Source of the DNA: a phage
Reading direction: 5' to 3' (one strand)
DNA: 64,000 bases
NCBI GenBank assembly: GCA_018175275.1
Contig: GCA_018175275.1_4531.1
Below, piece after piece: positions 1-9,645 of the stretch. The position numbers were made by a program, and so were the translations under genes. The notes under the pieces were generated by a model that worked only from the letters and a program-made list of their open reading frames with translations, had not been told where the DNA came from and did no database searches. Within the stretch, counting starts at the first letter, position 1. Every line of letters starts with the position of its first letter.

Positions 1-127
1 AGATCTGATTCAGGATGCCTTTTGTTTGTTAAAAAACCAGCTTCGATTTGAACTTGTTCAAGGTCCATCATCTTTTTGATAATGGTTTCCCAATCCGTAT
101 CATCACCTGGTAAGATCTCACTTTCCA

Positions 128-676
128 TTATTTGTCCCTACGATAAAAAGAAACAGGTCCGTAATTTCGCAAATAATTAACGTTGCGTGTATTACGATCA
201 ACACTTGCAACATTACCAAGACCATTTACAGAGTTAGGATCGCTGTTTACTCGATCAATCTCACGAGCATCAACACCACCAATAAGAACTTTACTGGTTG
301 CTCCTCGTCCTGCCGTGCACCCAGGAATAACCATAAGACCATTTAAATAGTTATGATAAATATCTTCCCACGGAGACTTATAAGTTACTTGACCGTTGTT
401 AAATTTAACTTCAACTTCGACTTCACCCATCTTTTCTCTGCGGGACATAGCTCCTCCTGTTTGAGTATTGTTATTAAGAACATCGTTGTTCCATAAATAC
501 TCTAAAACAGAAATCAAGCTGTTCCACAATACTGCACACTTATCCTTATCTTCATTCCCTATGATATCAATCCAAGTCTGGATGATCTGAATCAGCATTG
601 CATCTGGCAATACTTCTTGAGAAGGGTTATAAACAAGAATTCGGATCAGTGGTGCCAACTCTACCGCATTCAGCAT
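128..676 (-). CDS. hypothetical protein, head/packaging module
   Basis: 182-aa ORF, co-oriented and tightly packed after the capsid-like gene; no recognisable motif. Confidence 0.35.
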   Translation of the reverse strand: MLNAVELAPLIRILVYNPSQEVLPDAMLIQIIQTWIDIIGNEDKDKCAVLWNSLISVLEYLWNNDVLNNNTQTGGAMSRREKMGEVEVEVKFNNGQVTYKSPWEDIYHNYLNGLMVIPGCTAGRGATSKVLIGGVDAREIDRVNSDPNSVNGLGNVASVDRNTRNVNYLRNYGPVSFYRRDK

Positions 677-685
677 AAGCCCACC

Positions 686-1084
686 TTATTTTTTACGAAG
701 GGAACGTTTTTTAGCTGGAGTGTCTACCGCTTCTACTTTTAAAACTTCTTCTTTGATTTTTACAGGTGCATAATCTTCGTAACTTACAAGATAGTAACCC
801 ATGTGTTCTTCACTTGCAAAAGGATGCACAAGAATACCTGTTTCTTCTCTCAAACGTGTGAGGAAGTGAATGAAGTTTCCACCTAATGCAATACGACCAT
901 CTTTCAGATAGAAAGACATTGGTGGCGCAGATACTAATGTTTTATCAGCATCGATCAGTGGTGAAAGCGATTCGAAATCACGAATCATTTCGTGATAACT
1001 AAAGTAACGTTTCAATTCTGGGTTTGACATATCAATCTCCTCATTGTAAACTCTTGTTGTAAACAGAAAAGGCTCGCCCATCAC
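686..1084 (-). CDS. hypothetical protein, head/packaging module
   Basis: 132-aa ORF between capsid-like gene and the 182-aa ORF; position only. Confidence 0.35.
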   Translation of the reverse strand: MMGEPFLFTTRVYNEEIDMSNPELKRYFSYHEMIRDFESLSPLIDADKTLVSAPPMSFYLKDGRIALGGNFIHFLTRLREETGILVHPFASEEHMGYYLVSYEDYAPVKIKEEVLKVEAVDTPAKKRSLRKK

Positions 1085-1114
1085 GGACGAGCCTCTAATA
1101 TTAACAGAGTTCTG

Positions 1115-2116
1115 TTAAGCCGTAGTCAGTTTAACTACCAGTTCTGGACGAGTGTTAACTGCGAGCAGCGAGAATTCAGACTGAAGCTGAATGGTGCGGT
1201 GCTGGCTGATCATGAAGGTATACAGTTCACGAGCCTGGGTGTTAGCCAGTTCTGGAGTATCCGCAGGAGCGTAGTGCGCCTGGAACATACCTTCGATACC
1301 CATAGGCAGAACATATGCTTCACCAGCAGGGATGTTACCGTGGATATCTTCAATGTAAGTTACACCGTTCCATTCGAACACCTGAACATCCATGTTACCG
1401 CTAAGGCGGTCACGCAGAAGGTTAGGAGTTCCCTGGAAATACTGATACGCCTGGCGAACAAATGGAGAGTTAACCAGAGATGCGAAAAATTCACGAGAAC
1501 ACAGAGCTACGATACGAGTAGCGGTAGAGCCATCTTGTTTAGTATCGATGATGTAAGCACGAGCTTCTTGCTCGATAGTGGCTGCTGGAGAAACAGTGGT
1601 AGAAGCAAAGTCTACAGCAACAGATTTCTGGGTAGCACCCCATTCGGTATACCAGTTGTATGCAGAGTTAGCTGCACCACCTACGCCGTTATAGGCACGA
1701 CCCATAACTGCTTCTGCAAAGATTTTCTCTTTGGTTTTTGCTACGTCACGCAGAATCTGGGACATATAGCGGTTAACAACTTCAGCGTCTGTGCGCAGAG
1801 AGTCATTGATTCCTGCCATCGCAAAGCTACGGAAAGATTGAATATCTTGAGCTTTGATGTTTTTATCCAGAGGGAAGAACGGAATACGGAACGCTTTCAG
1901 TTCTGGATTTTTCATGGTCAGGAAGTTACGCTCACCACCACGCTCACGAGCGGAGATCAGAGCATCTTCAGCTTTTTCTTTACCGATTTCAATAGCGGTA
2001 GTTGAATGATAGTCAACGCTGAACAGATTCAGGCTGGCAATCAGTGTATCAGGGGAATCCTGAAGTTCGATCATAGGGCTGAAATCTACAACCTGATCTA
2101 AAATTACTGCTGGCAT
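1115..2116 (-). CDS. putative major capsid protein
   Basis: 333-aa ORF following the scaffold-like coiled-coil gene in the order terminase-portal-scaffold-capsid; call is positional, not motif-based. Confidence 0.4.
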   Translation of the reverse strand: MPAVILDQVVDFSPMIELQDSPDTLIASLNLFSVDYHSTTAIEIGKEKAEDALISARERGGERNFLTMKNPELKAFRIPFFPLDKNIKAQDIQSFRSFAMAGINDSLRTDAEVVNRYMSQILRDVAKTKEKIFAEAVMGRAYNGVGGAANSAYNWYTEWGATQKSVAVDFASTTVSPAATIEQEARAYIIDTKQDGSTATRIVALCSREFFASLVNSPFVRQAYQYFQGTPNLLRDRLSGNMDVQVFEWNGVTYIEDIHGNIPAGEAYVLPMGIEGMFQAHYAPADTPELANTQARELYTFMISQHRTIQLQSEFSLLAVNTRPELVVKLTTA

Positions 2117-2137
2117 TATATTAATCTCCTATTAAAA

Positions 2138-2536
2138 TTAAGAAGTGAAAACGACTTTTTCGGTCAGTTTCAGATCATGTGTTTCCAGTGCTGCTACGCC
2201 AGCGTCATCTACCAGGGAGCCATCTTTGTAGTATACTGCAAAGCGGTTCAGAGTAAGATCACGTACGCCAACAACTGCGGTGAAAGTGTCACCTACTGCT
2301 ACATCGTCAATACCGAACAGAGCATCAGTCCAAATCAGAACTTTAGCAGCATCGGCAGCTTCAGCTTTAGCAGCTTCAGTGTTGTCAGCTTTCAGGATAG
2401 AACCAATTTTCATGGTTGCTGTTTTAACCAGGTTAACTTCACGTACACAGTGTCCAAGGTCAGAGCTAAACACTCCACCCAGAACCAGGTGTCCGAATTC
2501 CTGGCGAGAGTTAGATAAAGTAATTCCTTTAGCCAT
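2138..2536 (-). CDS. hypothetical head-associated protein
   Basis: 132-aa ORF between scaffold-like and capsid-like genes. Confidence 0.3.
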   Translation of the reverse strand: MAKGITLSNSRQEFGHLVLGGVFSSDLGHCVREVNLVKTATMKIGSILKADNTEAAKAEAADAAKVLIWTDALFGIDDVAVGDTFTAVVGVRDLTLNRFAVYYKDGSLVDDAGVAALETHDLKLTEKVVFTS

Positions 2537-2555
2537 TTAATTTAATCTCCTAAGA

Positions 2556-3671
2556 TTATTGTTTCTGGGCTTTTTTAAGTTCAGCAGCTTTCTGACTAAT
2601 CAGTTCAGAAGAAGATTTAGCTACAGGTTGAGTATTGATCACATCAACACCACGTTCTGTTCCAAATTCTTTCTTAACTGCGTCCACTTCTGCACGTGCT
2701 TTTTCGAATGCTTTGACGATAGTTTCAGCGATATCTTTATTGTCTACCAGATATTTAACGAGAGCTTCAACTTTGTCTTCTTCTACGAAAGAATAGGATT
2801 TAACAACAGTTGTATATTCTTCTTCGATACGAGCTTGTTCAGCTTTACGAAGTTCTTCTGCTTCCTGTTCTGCCTTAGCAATTTTTTCCTGTGCTTCAAG
2901 TTCTGCGGCTGCACGTGCATCTGCGGCTGCTTTTTCTACAGCTTCAGCGATCTGTGCTTTCATCAGTTCTTGGAATTCAGCAGATTTCAGGAATTCTTCT
3001 TTGTTGATATTTTCCAAAGGGGTTTCTCCTTTATTGATTCCAGTTGTGTTTGCAGATTTATCACCTGCGGGGTTAGCCTCTGCATCCACAGAGTTTGTAT
3101 TAGCTTTAGCGTGAGCTTTCACTAAATAATCTTTAACTTGACTTTGTTTCAAGGAACTCTTAACGAGATTACTCAAAGCATCGTCTAAAACGTCCTCAAA
3201 GAAATCAATGGAGATCATTACATCACCATCAACAACTTGATAATCAGTAACACGAACAACAGGTTTAGCAACCTCTTCAACTTCAACATTCAGTCCGTCA
3301 ACTTTAAAGCCAACAGAGAACATGCCGTTATCTGAACAGAAAATTGCAACGTTCGCATCGAAGTCAGCATCAATAACGTAAACCCAATCCCAACCAGCTT
3401 CAAATTTTTCACGCACTTTTTCAGAGATGCGATCCATCACTTGTTGAATATAGCTTTTACGTAACTCTGTAACATCTTCTCCCATTTTAGTGAGAGCTTC
3501 TAACTTTTCAAAAGTTATGTCTGGAGATCCGTCTGACTTAAATAAAAGGGGGGTATTATAACCAGATGCTGCTCCACCTTGAAAATCGAAAGTGTAAGCA
3601 ATATGAGCACCTAGTGACTCTTCCGTAGCTTTTCCTGAAAAGTCTACGTTAGTTAAATATGTATTTGCCAC
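2556..3671 (-). CDS. putative scaffolding protein
   Basis: 371 aa; C-terminal Ala/Glu/Lys-rich coiled-coil segment (AAADARAAAELEAQEKIAKAEQEAEELRKAEQARIEEE); lies between portal-like and capsid-like genes. Confidence 0.4.
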   Translation of the reverse strand: MANTYLTNVDFSGKATEESLGAHIAYTFDFQGGAASGYNTPLLFKSDGSPDITFEKLEALTKMGEDVTELRKSYIQQVMDRISEKVREKFEAGWDWVYVIDADFDANVAIFCSDNGMFSVGFKVDGLNVEVEEVAKPVVRVTDYQVVDGDVMISIDFFEDVLDDALSNLVKSSLKQSQVKDYLVKAHAKANTNSVDAEANPAGDKSANTTGINKGETPLENINKEEFLKSAEFQELMKAQIAEAVEKAAADARAAAELEAQEKIAKAEQEAEELRKAEQARIEEEYTTVVKSYSFVEEDKVEALVKYLVDNKDIAETIVKAFEKARAEVDAVKKEFGTERGVDVINTQPVAKSSSELISQKAAELKKAQKQ

Positions 3672-3673
3672 GA

Positions 3674-4153
3674 TTAGTCCTTCTTGACTTTAACGCCCAT
3701 TGCGCCTATACTCAAACCTTTAAGAACGCCGTCTTTACGAGCTTGATATAATTCAGGGTCGTTGAATTGGATTTTAACGAGGGGAGTTCCTTCCACAACG
3801 AGTTCGTCACCAATGTAACAATCGACTTCATTTACCCAAGCTTTAATTGGAGAAAACTTATCGGTGTTCTTCATGTGACCAAGATTACCGCTAATGTTGG
3901 TAATATTCTCATTGAAGTTGTCAACCATCTTCCTGATTTCCAAATCAGACATGCGCTCTCCGTGGAGATCGTCTTCTTCAGGTGGACAATACAAGACCTC
4001 AATAACCTGCATCTTTTCTTCATCAAATTTATTTTGTTTGACTAAAGTTTCAGGTTTTTGAGATGGTATAGAATCTTGTTGGGATTCAGAATTCTCTTTA
4101 AAACCAGCGAAGGTTTTGAAGAGTTCCCACAGTGTATCTTTATTGAGTTCCAT
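3674..4153 (-). CDS. hypothetical protein, head morphogenesis region
   Basis: 159-aa ORF immediately downstream of the portal-like gene. Confidence 0.35.
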   Translation of the reverse strand: MELNKDTLWELFKTFAGFKENSESQQDSIPSQKPETLVKQNKFDEEKMQVIEVLYCPPEEDDLHGERMSDLEIRKMVDNFNENITNISGNLGHMKNTDKFSPIKAWVNEVDCYIGDELVVEGTPLVKIQFNDPELYQARKDGVLKGLSIGAMGVKVKKD

Positions 4154-4189
4154 TTGAAACCTCTTAAAAACAGATATCCCATAAATCTT

Positions 4190-4218
4190 AGTCTACAGGA
4201 TATTTGTTGTTTTGTCAA
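4190..4218 (-). promoter_or_regulatory. sigma70-like promoter (TTGACA-N17-TAGACT) upstream of the 159-aa head gene
   Basis: minus-strand TTGACA at 4213-4218 within the recurring CTATTGACA context; weak -10. Confidence 0.3.
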
Positions 4219-4246
4219 TAGAAAAATTAAAAAATATTAAATATTT

Positions 4247-5812
4247 TTAATTCGACAGGTTTTGTGCTGAAGGATCTAAAGCAGAAACAGTATCAGATGT
4301 TCCAGTACCTGCTGTAGCTAAACCATCTCCTGATCGTGAAGTTTTGTCAGGCATATAGTTATCCATGAATTCAAAGAATTTCTCTTTATTGGCAACAATA
4401 TCGTCAGGGATGCGATATTCGAAACCAATTTTTTCAAGGAACTCGTTAATAACTTCTGGGGTTAAAGGTATTGCACCAGAGGCTACCAACTGCTGAATAG
4501 CTTTAGCATTTACTTCAATATCAGGATCACCCATTTCACCACTGACAAACTTAGGCATATCTTCATCAGAAAGGAAGATATTGTTTAGTCGTAGTGTTTG
4601 AGGGATCAGTTGAGAGTTTATAGCTTCTACAACAATATCTACATCTCGCTCAATAAAATGAGACAATAGTGTTTGTTTGTTGTCAGAAAGCGCAAAACTT
4701 CCTGCATCACCATCACCCATAATCAACACACCCGCACCAAAGCGGTTATAAATATCCAGTTTGCGTTGTTTGATTAGTGCTTGAGTGTCAAACTGTTTAC
4801 CCGTGCCATCAACACCTTGGAATACAAGATCGTATTGACGCATCACTGTGCCTTCATAAACGTCCGAAGGCAATACCATGTAGGCTTGCTCACCAGAGTG
4901 CAGGTTAGCGATGTTGGCTTGGAGAACTCGAAGAGATTGTGCTTCATCCCCAGCAGGATCTAAAGACGCCCTGTTTAGAATGTCACTAGGAACCTTAAGA
5001 ACTGGCATACCGCCTAAATCTTTAGATACCCCAATAACCTCAAATTCCTGAATAAGAGATTTTTCACGCCAGCTACGATATACAGCTAAAAGCGGACTAA
5101 CTCCTAGTGGGTTATTCTCTGTAATGTTGCTACCAACAAATAAAACTTTACTGAAAGGAATTTCTTTAATACCAGTTTCTAAAGTTGTATTACCTGGGGC
5201 TAACATTGTATTGGTGATATTCTGGTTAACAGACAAGATAGAACGTCCGTCTGCCGAATATGTAAAAGGTTGAGCCATATGAAGAGTATCTTGTGGTCTA
5301 AAAGCCAGCTTAGTTAATCGCCAATACCCAAAGTAAGGACTCTTAGGATCTTCATCCAACTCATAAACTTTTTCTGCGAATGCAAACCCATATTGCTTAT
5401 ATGTCAAAAGTGATCTAACATATTGACGTAGAGGGGCTTGCATATTACGTAACATATAATCAATAAACTTAGCAGCTTTTCTTGACTTTGCTGAGCTTAC
5501 ATTGTATTTTATCTTAAAATCAAAGAATGCTCTATCTACAAAGATATACGTAGCATCAAGAGCAGTAGCTACATCAGGGTCTTCACCCATCTCTTTAAAA
5601 GTTCGAATACATTCTGGGAAACGAGTCTCATAAGGTTGCATGAAATTCGTAAATGCTTTGATTGAGTTTAATCCGATCGTTCCTATTTCAGGTGACAGGA
5701 GTAACGTTTTCTCTTTCTCTGCTTCTTTTGTTGGAGAGAGAGCAGCTTTATTTGCAGCACCTTTGTCCCAGTATTCTGACTTTTTAGTGTACGTTCTTTT
5801 TCCTGTTGACAC
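4247..5812 (-). CDS. putative portal protein
   Basis: 521-aa ORF directly downstream of the large terminase gene; size and position typical of portal. Confidence 0.45.
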   Translation of the reverse strand: MSTGKRTYTKKSEYWDKGAANKAALSPTKEAEKEKTLLLSPEIGTIGLNSIKAFTNFMQPYETRFPECIRTFKEMGEDPDVATALDATYIFVDRAFFDFKIKYNVSSAKSRKAAKFIDYMLRNMQAPLRQYVRSLLTYKQYGFAFAEKVYELDEDPKSPYFGYWRLTKLAFRPQDTLHMAQPFTYSADGRSILSVNQNITNTMLAPGNTTLETGIKEIPFSKVLFVGSNITENNPLGVSPLLAVYRSWREKSLIQEFEVIGVSKDLGGMPVLKVPSDILNRASLDPAGDEAQSLRVLQANIANLHSGEQAYMVLPSDVYEGTVMRQYDLVFQGVDGTGKQFDTQALIKQRKLDIYNRFGAGVLIMGDGDAGSFALSDNKQTLLSHFIERDVDIVVEAINSQLIPQTLRLNNIFLSDEDMPKFVSGEMGDPDIEVNAKAIQQLVASGAIPLTPEVINEFLEKIGFEYRIPDDIVANKEKFFEFMDNYMPDKTSRSGDGLATAGTGTSDTVSALDPSAQNLSN

Positions 5813-5881
5813 TTGTTCCTCCAGTCAGGTATAAAATCGTTAAGGCAAGGCTGTATTATATACAACCTCACCTATCTAGTT

Positions 5882-5910
5882 ATAATACACTTTAAAGTGA
5901 CTTTTGTCAA
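5882..5910 (-). promoter_or_regulatory. sigma70-like promoter (TTGACA-N17-TATTAT)
   Basis: minus-strand -35 TTGACA (plus 5905-5910) and -10 TATTAT (plus 5882-5887), between terminase and portal genes. Confidence 0.45.
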
Positions 5911-5913
5911 CAA

Positions 5914-7989
5914 TTATCTTTTACGGACACTATACGGTTGGTGAAATCCGCTGTTCATTCTACTGTATCCTGTAGGAGCATTTGTTGTTGCAGGGATAGC
6001 TACTGCCTTGAAAGTATTCTCTTTTGACAGAGTATTGAAACAAGAAGCAGCAGCATCGGGAATGTCATCTTTAATAGTGGCTGTAGATCTTTCACCATTG
6101 AAAGATTCCAATTCTTTATAAAAGTGGGTTAGAGTTTCCACATTAGGGAAAGAATCTTCAACAATATAAACAAAACCATTTTGACACGCACTACTAAAAG
6201 GCATAAAACGCTGAAGCTTTTTCTTGTTACCTGGCATAGCATCTGGTTTAACAACAAAACCTTCTAGAATAAGTTTCTTTGCAGACTCTGTATATTCTAT
6301 TGTCCCAGCGCCAGATGGGTCTTTAGGAAGCACTACTGTAACTTCTGGTCCATCAATCTTACATTGATTAAGAATCAGATTATCCCTTTCCCCAGGTAGT
6401 CTTCTAAACCTTCCGAAAATTTTACTTTTCTCATCCACAGCGTCATAGTCATAGTCACCAAAGATGTAGATATTACCATCTTGATCTTTACCCATTTTGA
6501 CAGACGTTGTATAGTCTGGATAACGATAAGTTTCTGTAGGAACTGAAACAGCTTTATCCCAGGCTCGCATTAGTTTAAGATTGTTAGGAACATCTTTATA
6601 AGATATTTTATGTAACCATTCACGTTGAAAGAAAGATTCTTTCTGAATACGTGCAAACCAACAACCATCCAGAAGCTGTGCTCTTTTAATTGCTGTTTGT
6701 GATTTAAGCTGTGCTAAGTAATTAGGGTTAAGCCTAATCAGTTCTGGGTTATCAAATATTGTCCCACCAATAAATACGAAAGTTTGTGGTTCAATAACAA
6801 CTGTCTCCCCTGTATTAGGGTTTTCCATGAAACAGTTTTCTGGATATTTTTCTTTCAGTTCTTCAGGTGTGTCAGCAAAAACAGGTTCATCGTTAACAAT
6901 GATGAAATATTTTTGTTTACCACACATATCTTCTCTAGGATAACCACCCTCATCAAGATAAGGTAACACCCAATTCAAAACCCAACTATCTGCATCGGGG
7001 TTACATGTGCACAACATGAAGCTTGTTTCTGATTCTGAACGCATACGTCCCAGAAGATAGAGCATTTCATATTGCGTGAAGTGGGTTAACTCGTCAAAAC
7101 CTACCATTGAATACTGTGTACCCTGATGGTTTGTTTCTGCTGTTACGTTATCATTTTCCAAATGGTCGAATTTGAGGGTTCCACCACCAGTGGCTTCAAA
7201 AATGATATCCATTGTACTTTCTTTTACGTGCGGTTGTAAAGGAAGATACAAACGTTTTGCTTCTGTAAACAGACCACCTGGTTTACGGTGAGCAGTGGTG
7301 TTCTTACGGAAAAGTATTCCACCAAACAAAGGATCTTTGTAGGCGTATTTTAAAGCTTTCAGCAATAGCAGACGAGACTTGCCGCTATTCCCAGTAACGA
7401 AGCAGTGATCGCCACGTCTAAAGACAATATAGCTGCTTGGAGTCTCAAAACAATATTTCTTATCATCTGTTGAAATAACCTCGTGTATTTTTAAGTAAGT
7501 GCTCTTTTTACCAGGTATGTTAAAAGGAACACGTTTACCGAATGGATTTTCTACATAACCTTGAAGGGGTTTTCCTATTTGCTGTAATGCAATAAGATCT
7601 CCTACAAGAATCTCAAAATGTTTCTTTGATTTCTTTTTCTTATAGAATACAAAACGGTGTTCCATACTAAGTTCTTGGAACAACCCTACACCATTTGTTA
7701 TTCTGTATAGGTTATCTCCATTTAAATCGTATTCTACAAAATAAGGTGTTACCAATTCTAAACGCTTATTCTTAGGGTTGTATTGGTAAATATCTTCTCC
7801 CGAATATTCACTAATCTGTCTCCAACCATCTTTTGTAAGATATTCCGTTTCAGCAGAAACACATCCAGCGGCACCACCATAAATCATAACTTCTGGCATT
7901 AAATCCATTGCAAGAGTCTGTTTACCTGGTTGAGCCTTTACTTCAATATCTACTCCAGCTAAACTACCTGCTGCCTTTTTCTTTGCCAC
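5914..7989 (-). CDS. terL: terminase large subunit, interrupted by a mini-intein
   Basis: 691 aa; Walker B-like VGFDELTHF and downstream LCTCNPDADSW; N-terminal GGAAG and GKSR halves of a P-loop separated by a 159-aa insert with intein block A/B signatures. Confidence 0.6.
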   Translation of the reverse strand: MAKKKAAGSLAGVDIEVKAQPGKQTLAMDLMPEVMIYGGAAGCVSAETEYLTKDGWRQISEYSGEDIYQYNPKNKRLELVTPYFVEYDLNGDNLYRITNGVGLFQELSMEHRFVFYKKKKSKKHFEILVGDLIALQQIGKPLQGYVENPFGKRVPFNIPGKKSTYLKIHEVISTDDKKYCFETPSSYIVFRRGDHCFVTGNSGKSRLLLLKALKYAYKDPLFGGILFRKNTTAHRKPGGLFTEAKRLYLPLQPHVKESTMDIIFEATGGGTLKFDHLENDNVTAETNHQGTQYSMVGFDELTHFTQYEMLYLLGRMRSESETSFMLCTCNPDADSWVLNWVLPYLDEGGYPREDMCGKQKYFIIVNDEPVFADTPEELKEKYPENCFMENPNTGETVVIEPQTFVFIGGTIFDNPELIRLNPNYLAQLKSQTAIKRAQLLDGCWFARIQKESFFQREWLHKISYKDVPNNLKLMRAWDKAVSVPTETYRYPDYTTSVKMGKDQDGNIYIFGDYDYDAVDEKSKIFGRFRRLPGERDNLILNQCKIDGPEVTVVLPKDPSGAGTIEYTESAKKLILEGFVVKPDAMPGNKKKLQRFMPFSSACQNGFVYIVEDSFPNVETLTHFYKELESFNGERSTATIKDDIPDAAASCFNTLSKENTFKAVAIPATTNAPTGYSRMNSGFHQPYSVRKR
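7387..7863 (-). other. candidate mini-intein (Hint domain) within terL
   Basis: insert begins Cys (CVSAETEYLTKDGWRQISEY, block A-like), contains LSMEHRFVF (block B-like S/T-x-x-H), ends ...VTGN followed by Ser; excision gives YGGAAG|SGKSRLL = GxxxxGKS. Confidence 0.5.
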
Positions 7990-7998
7990 ATTCCCTCC

Positions 7999-8343
7999 TT
8001 ATTCAGAAATAATACCTTTCTCTTGCAGTGTTTTAATATATGTTTGTAAACCTAAAACCTTTCGTCTATCTTGCTCCCAAAGAGCATTGTTTTGAGTTTG
8101 GTTGTTAACAACTTCAGATCTACTAACCCCTTTTGCAATTTGATTTTTAGTGTATGGCACAGGTGTCGATACTTTATCCATCAAATCAGAATCTGGACCT
8201 CTAACCTTTTCTATTGCTACGGCCTTACACTCATCAATAAGAACTGGGGAAACTTTTGTTGATGATGAACAACCCGTCATCATTAGGGGCAAAGCAAGAC
8301 ATACTGCCAGAATTAGTTTTTGCATAATTCGTTGTATCCTCAT
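7999..8343 (-). CDS. putative o-spanin (Rz1-like outer-membrane lipoprotein)
   Basis: 114 aa; signal peptide plus lipobox-like LMMTGC; overlaps the 3' part of the Rz-like gene in another frame. Confidence 0.5.
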   Translation of the reverse strand: MRIQRIMQKLILAVCLALPLMMTGCSSSTKVSPVLIDECKAVAIEKVRGPDSDLMDKVSTPVPYTKNQIAKGVSRSEVVNNQTQNNALWEQDRRKVLGLQTYIKTLQEKGIISE

Positions 8344-8626
8344 TGATCATTTGTTTCTTCTTCTCTAAATCTGCTTTTAATTGTGCATTGTTTTTAGACA
8401 AGCTATTTATTTGGGTATTTAATAATGCTCTTTCTTCATCTGCTCTTTTTTGAAGAACATTAAAATCCTGTTTTGCTTTTGCTTGGGCTGCTTGATATAA
8501 TTGTGTTTGATAGGCAACACCATCTTTGTAGCCAGACTCACGTATCTTGTTATAAGCAAACATTCCGGCAAAAATAAGAACAACAATTAAAACAAAACCT
8601 AACACAGTTTTAGTCTTTAGATTCAT
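8234..8626 (-). CDS. putative i-spanin (Rz-like)
   Basis: 130 aa; N-terminal transmembrane helix (VLGFVLIVVLIFAGMFAY) followed by Gln/Ala/Lys-rich coiled coil; overlaps the lipoprotein ORF. Confidence 0.5.
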   Translation of the reverse strand: MNLKTKTVLGFVLIVVLIFAGMFAYNKIRESGYKDGVAYQTQLYQAAQAKAKQDFNVLQKRADEERALLNTQINSLSKNNAQLKADLEKKKQMINEDTTNYAKTNSGSMSCFAPNDDGLFIINKSFPSSY

Positions 8627-8905
8627 TATCTTCTACTTCCTCGTAAAATTTTATTTTAGGAAGAGAAGGGGCATTATTAACTATCTTCTTCACTTCCATT
8701 GGTTGAGATTCCGCTAGGATCTCTTCCCACGTCTTCTCTATCATCATAGAGTTCTTCCTCCAAATTCCAAACACGTGTGTAATCATTCTTTTTATCTTTA
8801 TGATAAGAAGAGCGGTTAAAGTCATTTTTAACTACAAAATTGCGCATATTTTATCCTCCTCATATCTGATCTTATCATAAAATGATATACAATTGCAAGC
8901 ATTAA

Positions 8906-8940
8906 AAATAAAAAAGCCCCTAACCTTTCGGAGAGGGGTG
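8906..8940 (-). terminator. rho-independent terminator-like hairpin plus T-run (minus strand)
   Basis: CCCCT...AGGGG stem followed by T-run on the minus strand, after the 98-aa gene. Confidence 0.4.
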
Positions 8941-8984
8941 TTAAAAATAACAAGGAGGGGCAAAGCCCCAAGAGAGGAGAGGGA

Positions 8985-9281
8985 TTAGATTACGATCTTT
9001 TTAGGAACGTCATCTGTATTCTGCACGGCAGGGGTTTCTTCTTCCATAGCTTCATAATGTTCTTCTAACCATTCTTCTACTTGCTCTTTAATAGCTTTAG
9101 CTGCTTGGAAGCGGAGAGGTTTTGCTGCATCCTTATCATTAACAAGTTCAACAATATACCGCATAGCTTCTAAATAATGCTCTGCAAATAATTCTTTTAC
9201 ACTTGCTTGCGCCGCATCCATTGCGTAAATCTGTTGCATTTCGGCTGTTGGTCTTCCACGACCACGTTTTAGTTTAGGCAT
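8985..9281 (-). CDS. hypothetical small basic protein (possible DNA-binding)
   Basis: 98 aa; N-terminal KRGRGRP motif; AGGAGG RBS upstream. Confidence 0.4.
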   Translation of the reverse strand: MPKLKRGRGRPTAEMQQIYAMDAAQASVKELFAEHYLEAMRYIVELVNDKDAAKPLRFQAAKAIKEQVEEWLEEHYEAMEEETPAVQNTDDVPKKIVI

Positions 9282-9350
9282 AATAAAATCCTCCTAAACT
9301 TTATCTTAACATATAAAAAATAATAAGTCAAGTTTTATTCAATAGATAGC

Positions 9351-9372
9351 AAAAAGCCTCCAATAAGGAGGC
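9351..9372 (-). terminator. rho-independent terminator downstream of the tRNA cluster
   Basis: minus-strand hairpin GCCTCC-TTATT-GGAGGC followed by TTTTTG. Confidence 0.45.
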
Positions 9373-9488
9373 CAATAAATACTGTTAATTTGAAATGTTT
9401 TATTATGATTGTGCGTTAAGGAGTCGCACCCCTCCATCTTAGAAGGAACCAGGCAAGGTCTTCAAAGATACCGCTGGCAAGCGATATT

Positions 9489-9567
9489 TGGAGGCGGGAA
9501 TTGGATTTGAACCAATGATCTCCAGCATATGAAACTGGCGAGGACGACCAGACTCCTCTATCCCGCT
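9489..9567 (-). tRNA. tRNA-Met(CAT): tRNA-Met/Ile2 (CAT)
   Basis: acceptor AGCGGGA/TCCCGCC (1:72 mismatch), D-stem GAGG/CCTC, anticodon loop TT-CAT-AT, T-arm ATTGG-TTCAAAT-CCAAT, CCA encoded. Confidence 0.5.
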
Positions 9568-9645
9568 ATTATGTATCCCGTGCTGGATTCGAACCAGCGT
9601 CACAATAAATTGTGGATCTCTTATCCTGTAAGTCTAACGGGAAAC
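9568..9645 (-). tRNA. tRNA-like element, anticodon arm not resolvable (possible degenerate tRNA)
   Basis: canonical T-arm GCTGG-TTCGAAT-CCAGC and 6/7 acceptor complementarity, but no canonical 7-nt anticodon loop found by eye. Confidence 0.25.

Noticed and set aside
1199-2005. 268-aa plus-strand ORF inside the capsid-like gene, and similar antisense ORFs at 2177-2540, 2559-3125, 3767-4045
   Set aside because: Entirely antisense to longer, better-supported minus-strand genes, with no RBS and low-complexity Cys/Phe-rich translations typical of reverse-frame artefacts.
1115-2116. Assignment of the capsid-like protein to T4 gp23 or another named capsid family
   Set aside because: No motif-level match could be made by eye; the call rests on gene order only, so no family name is given.
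9411-9488. tRNA-like T-arm (GGGTGCGACTCC) just downstream of the first tRNA
   Set aside because: No complementary acceptor stem and no anticodon arm could be built; treated as spacer before the terminator.
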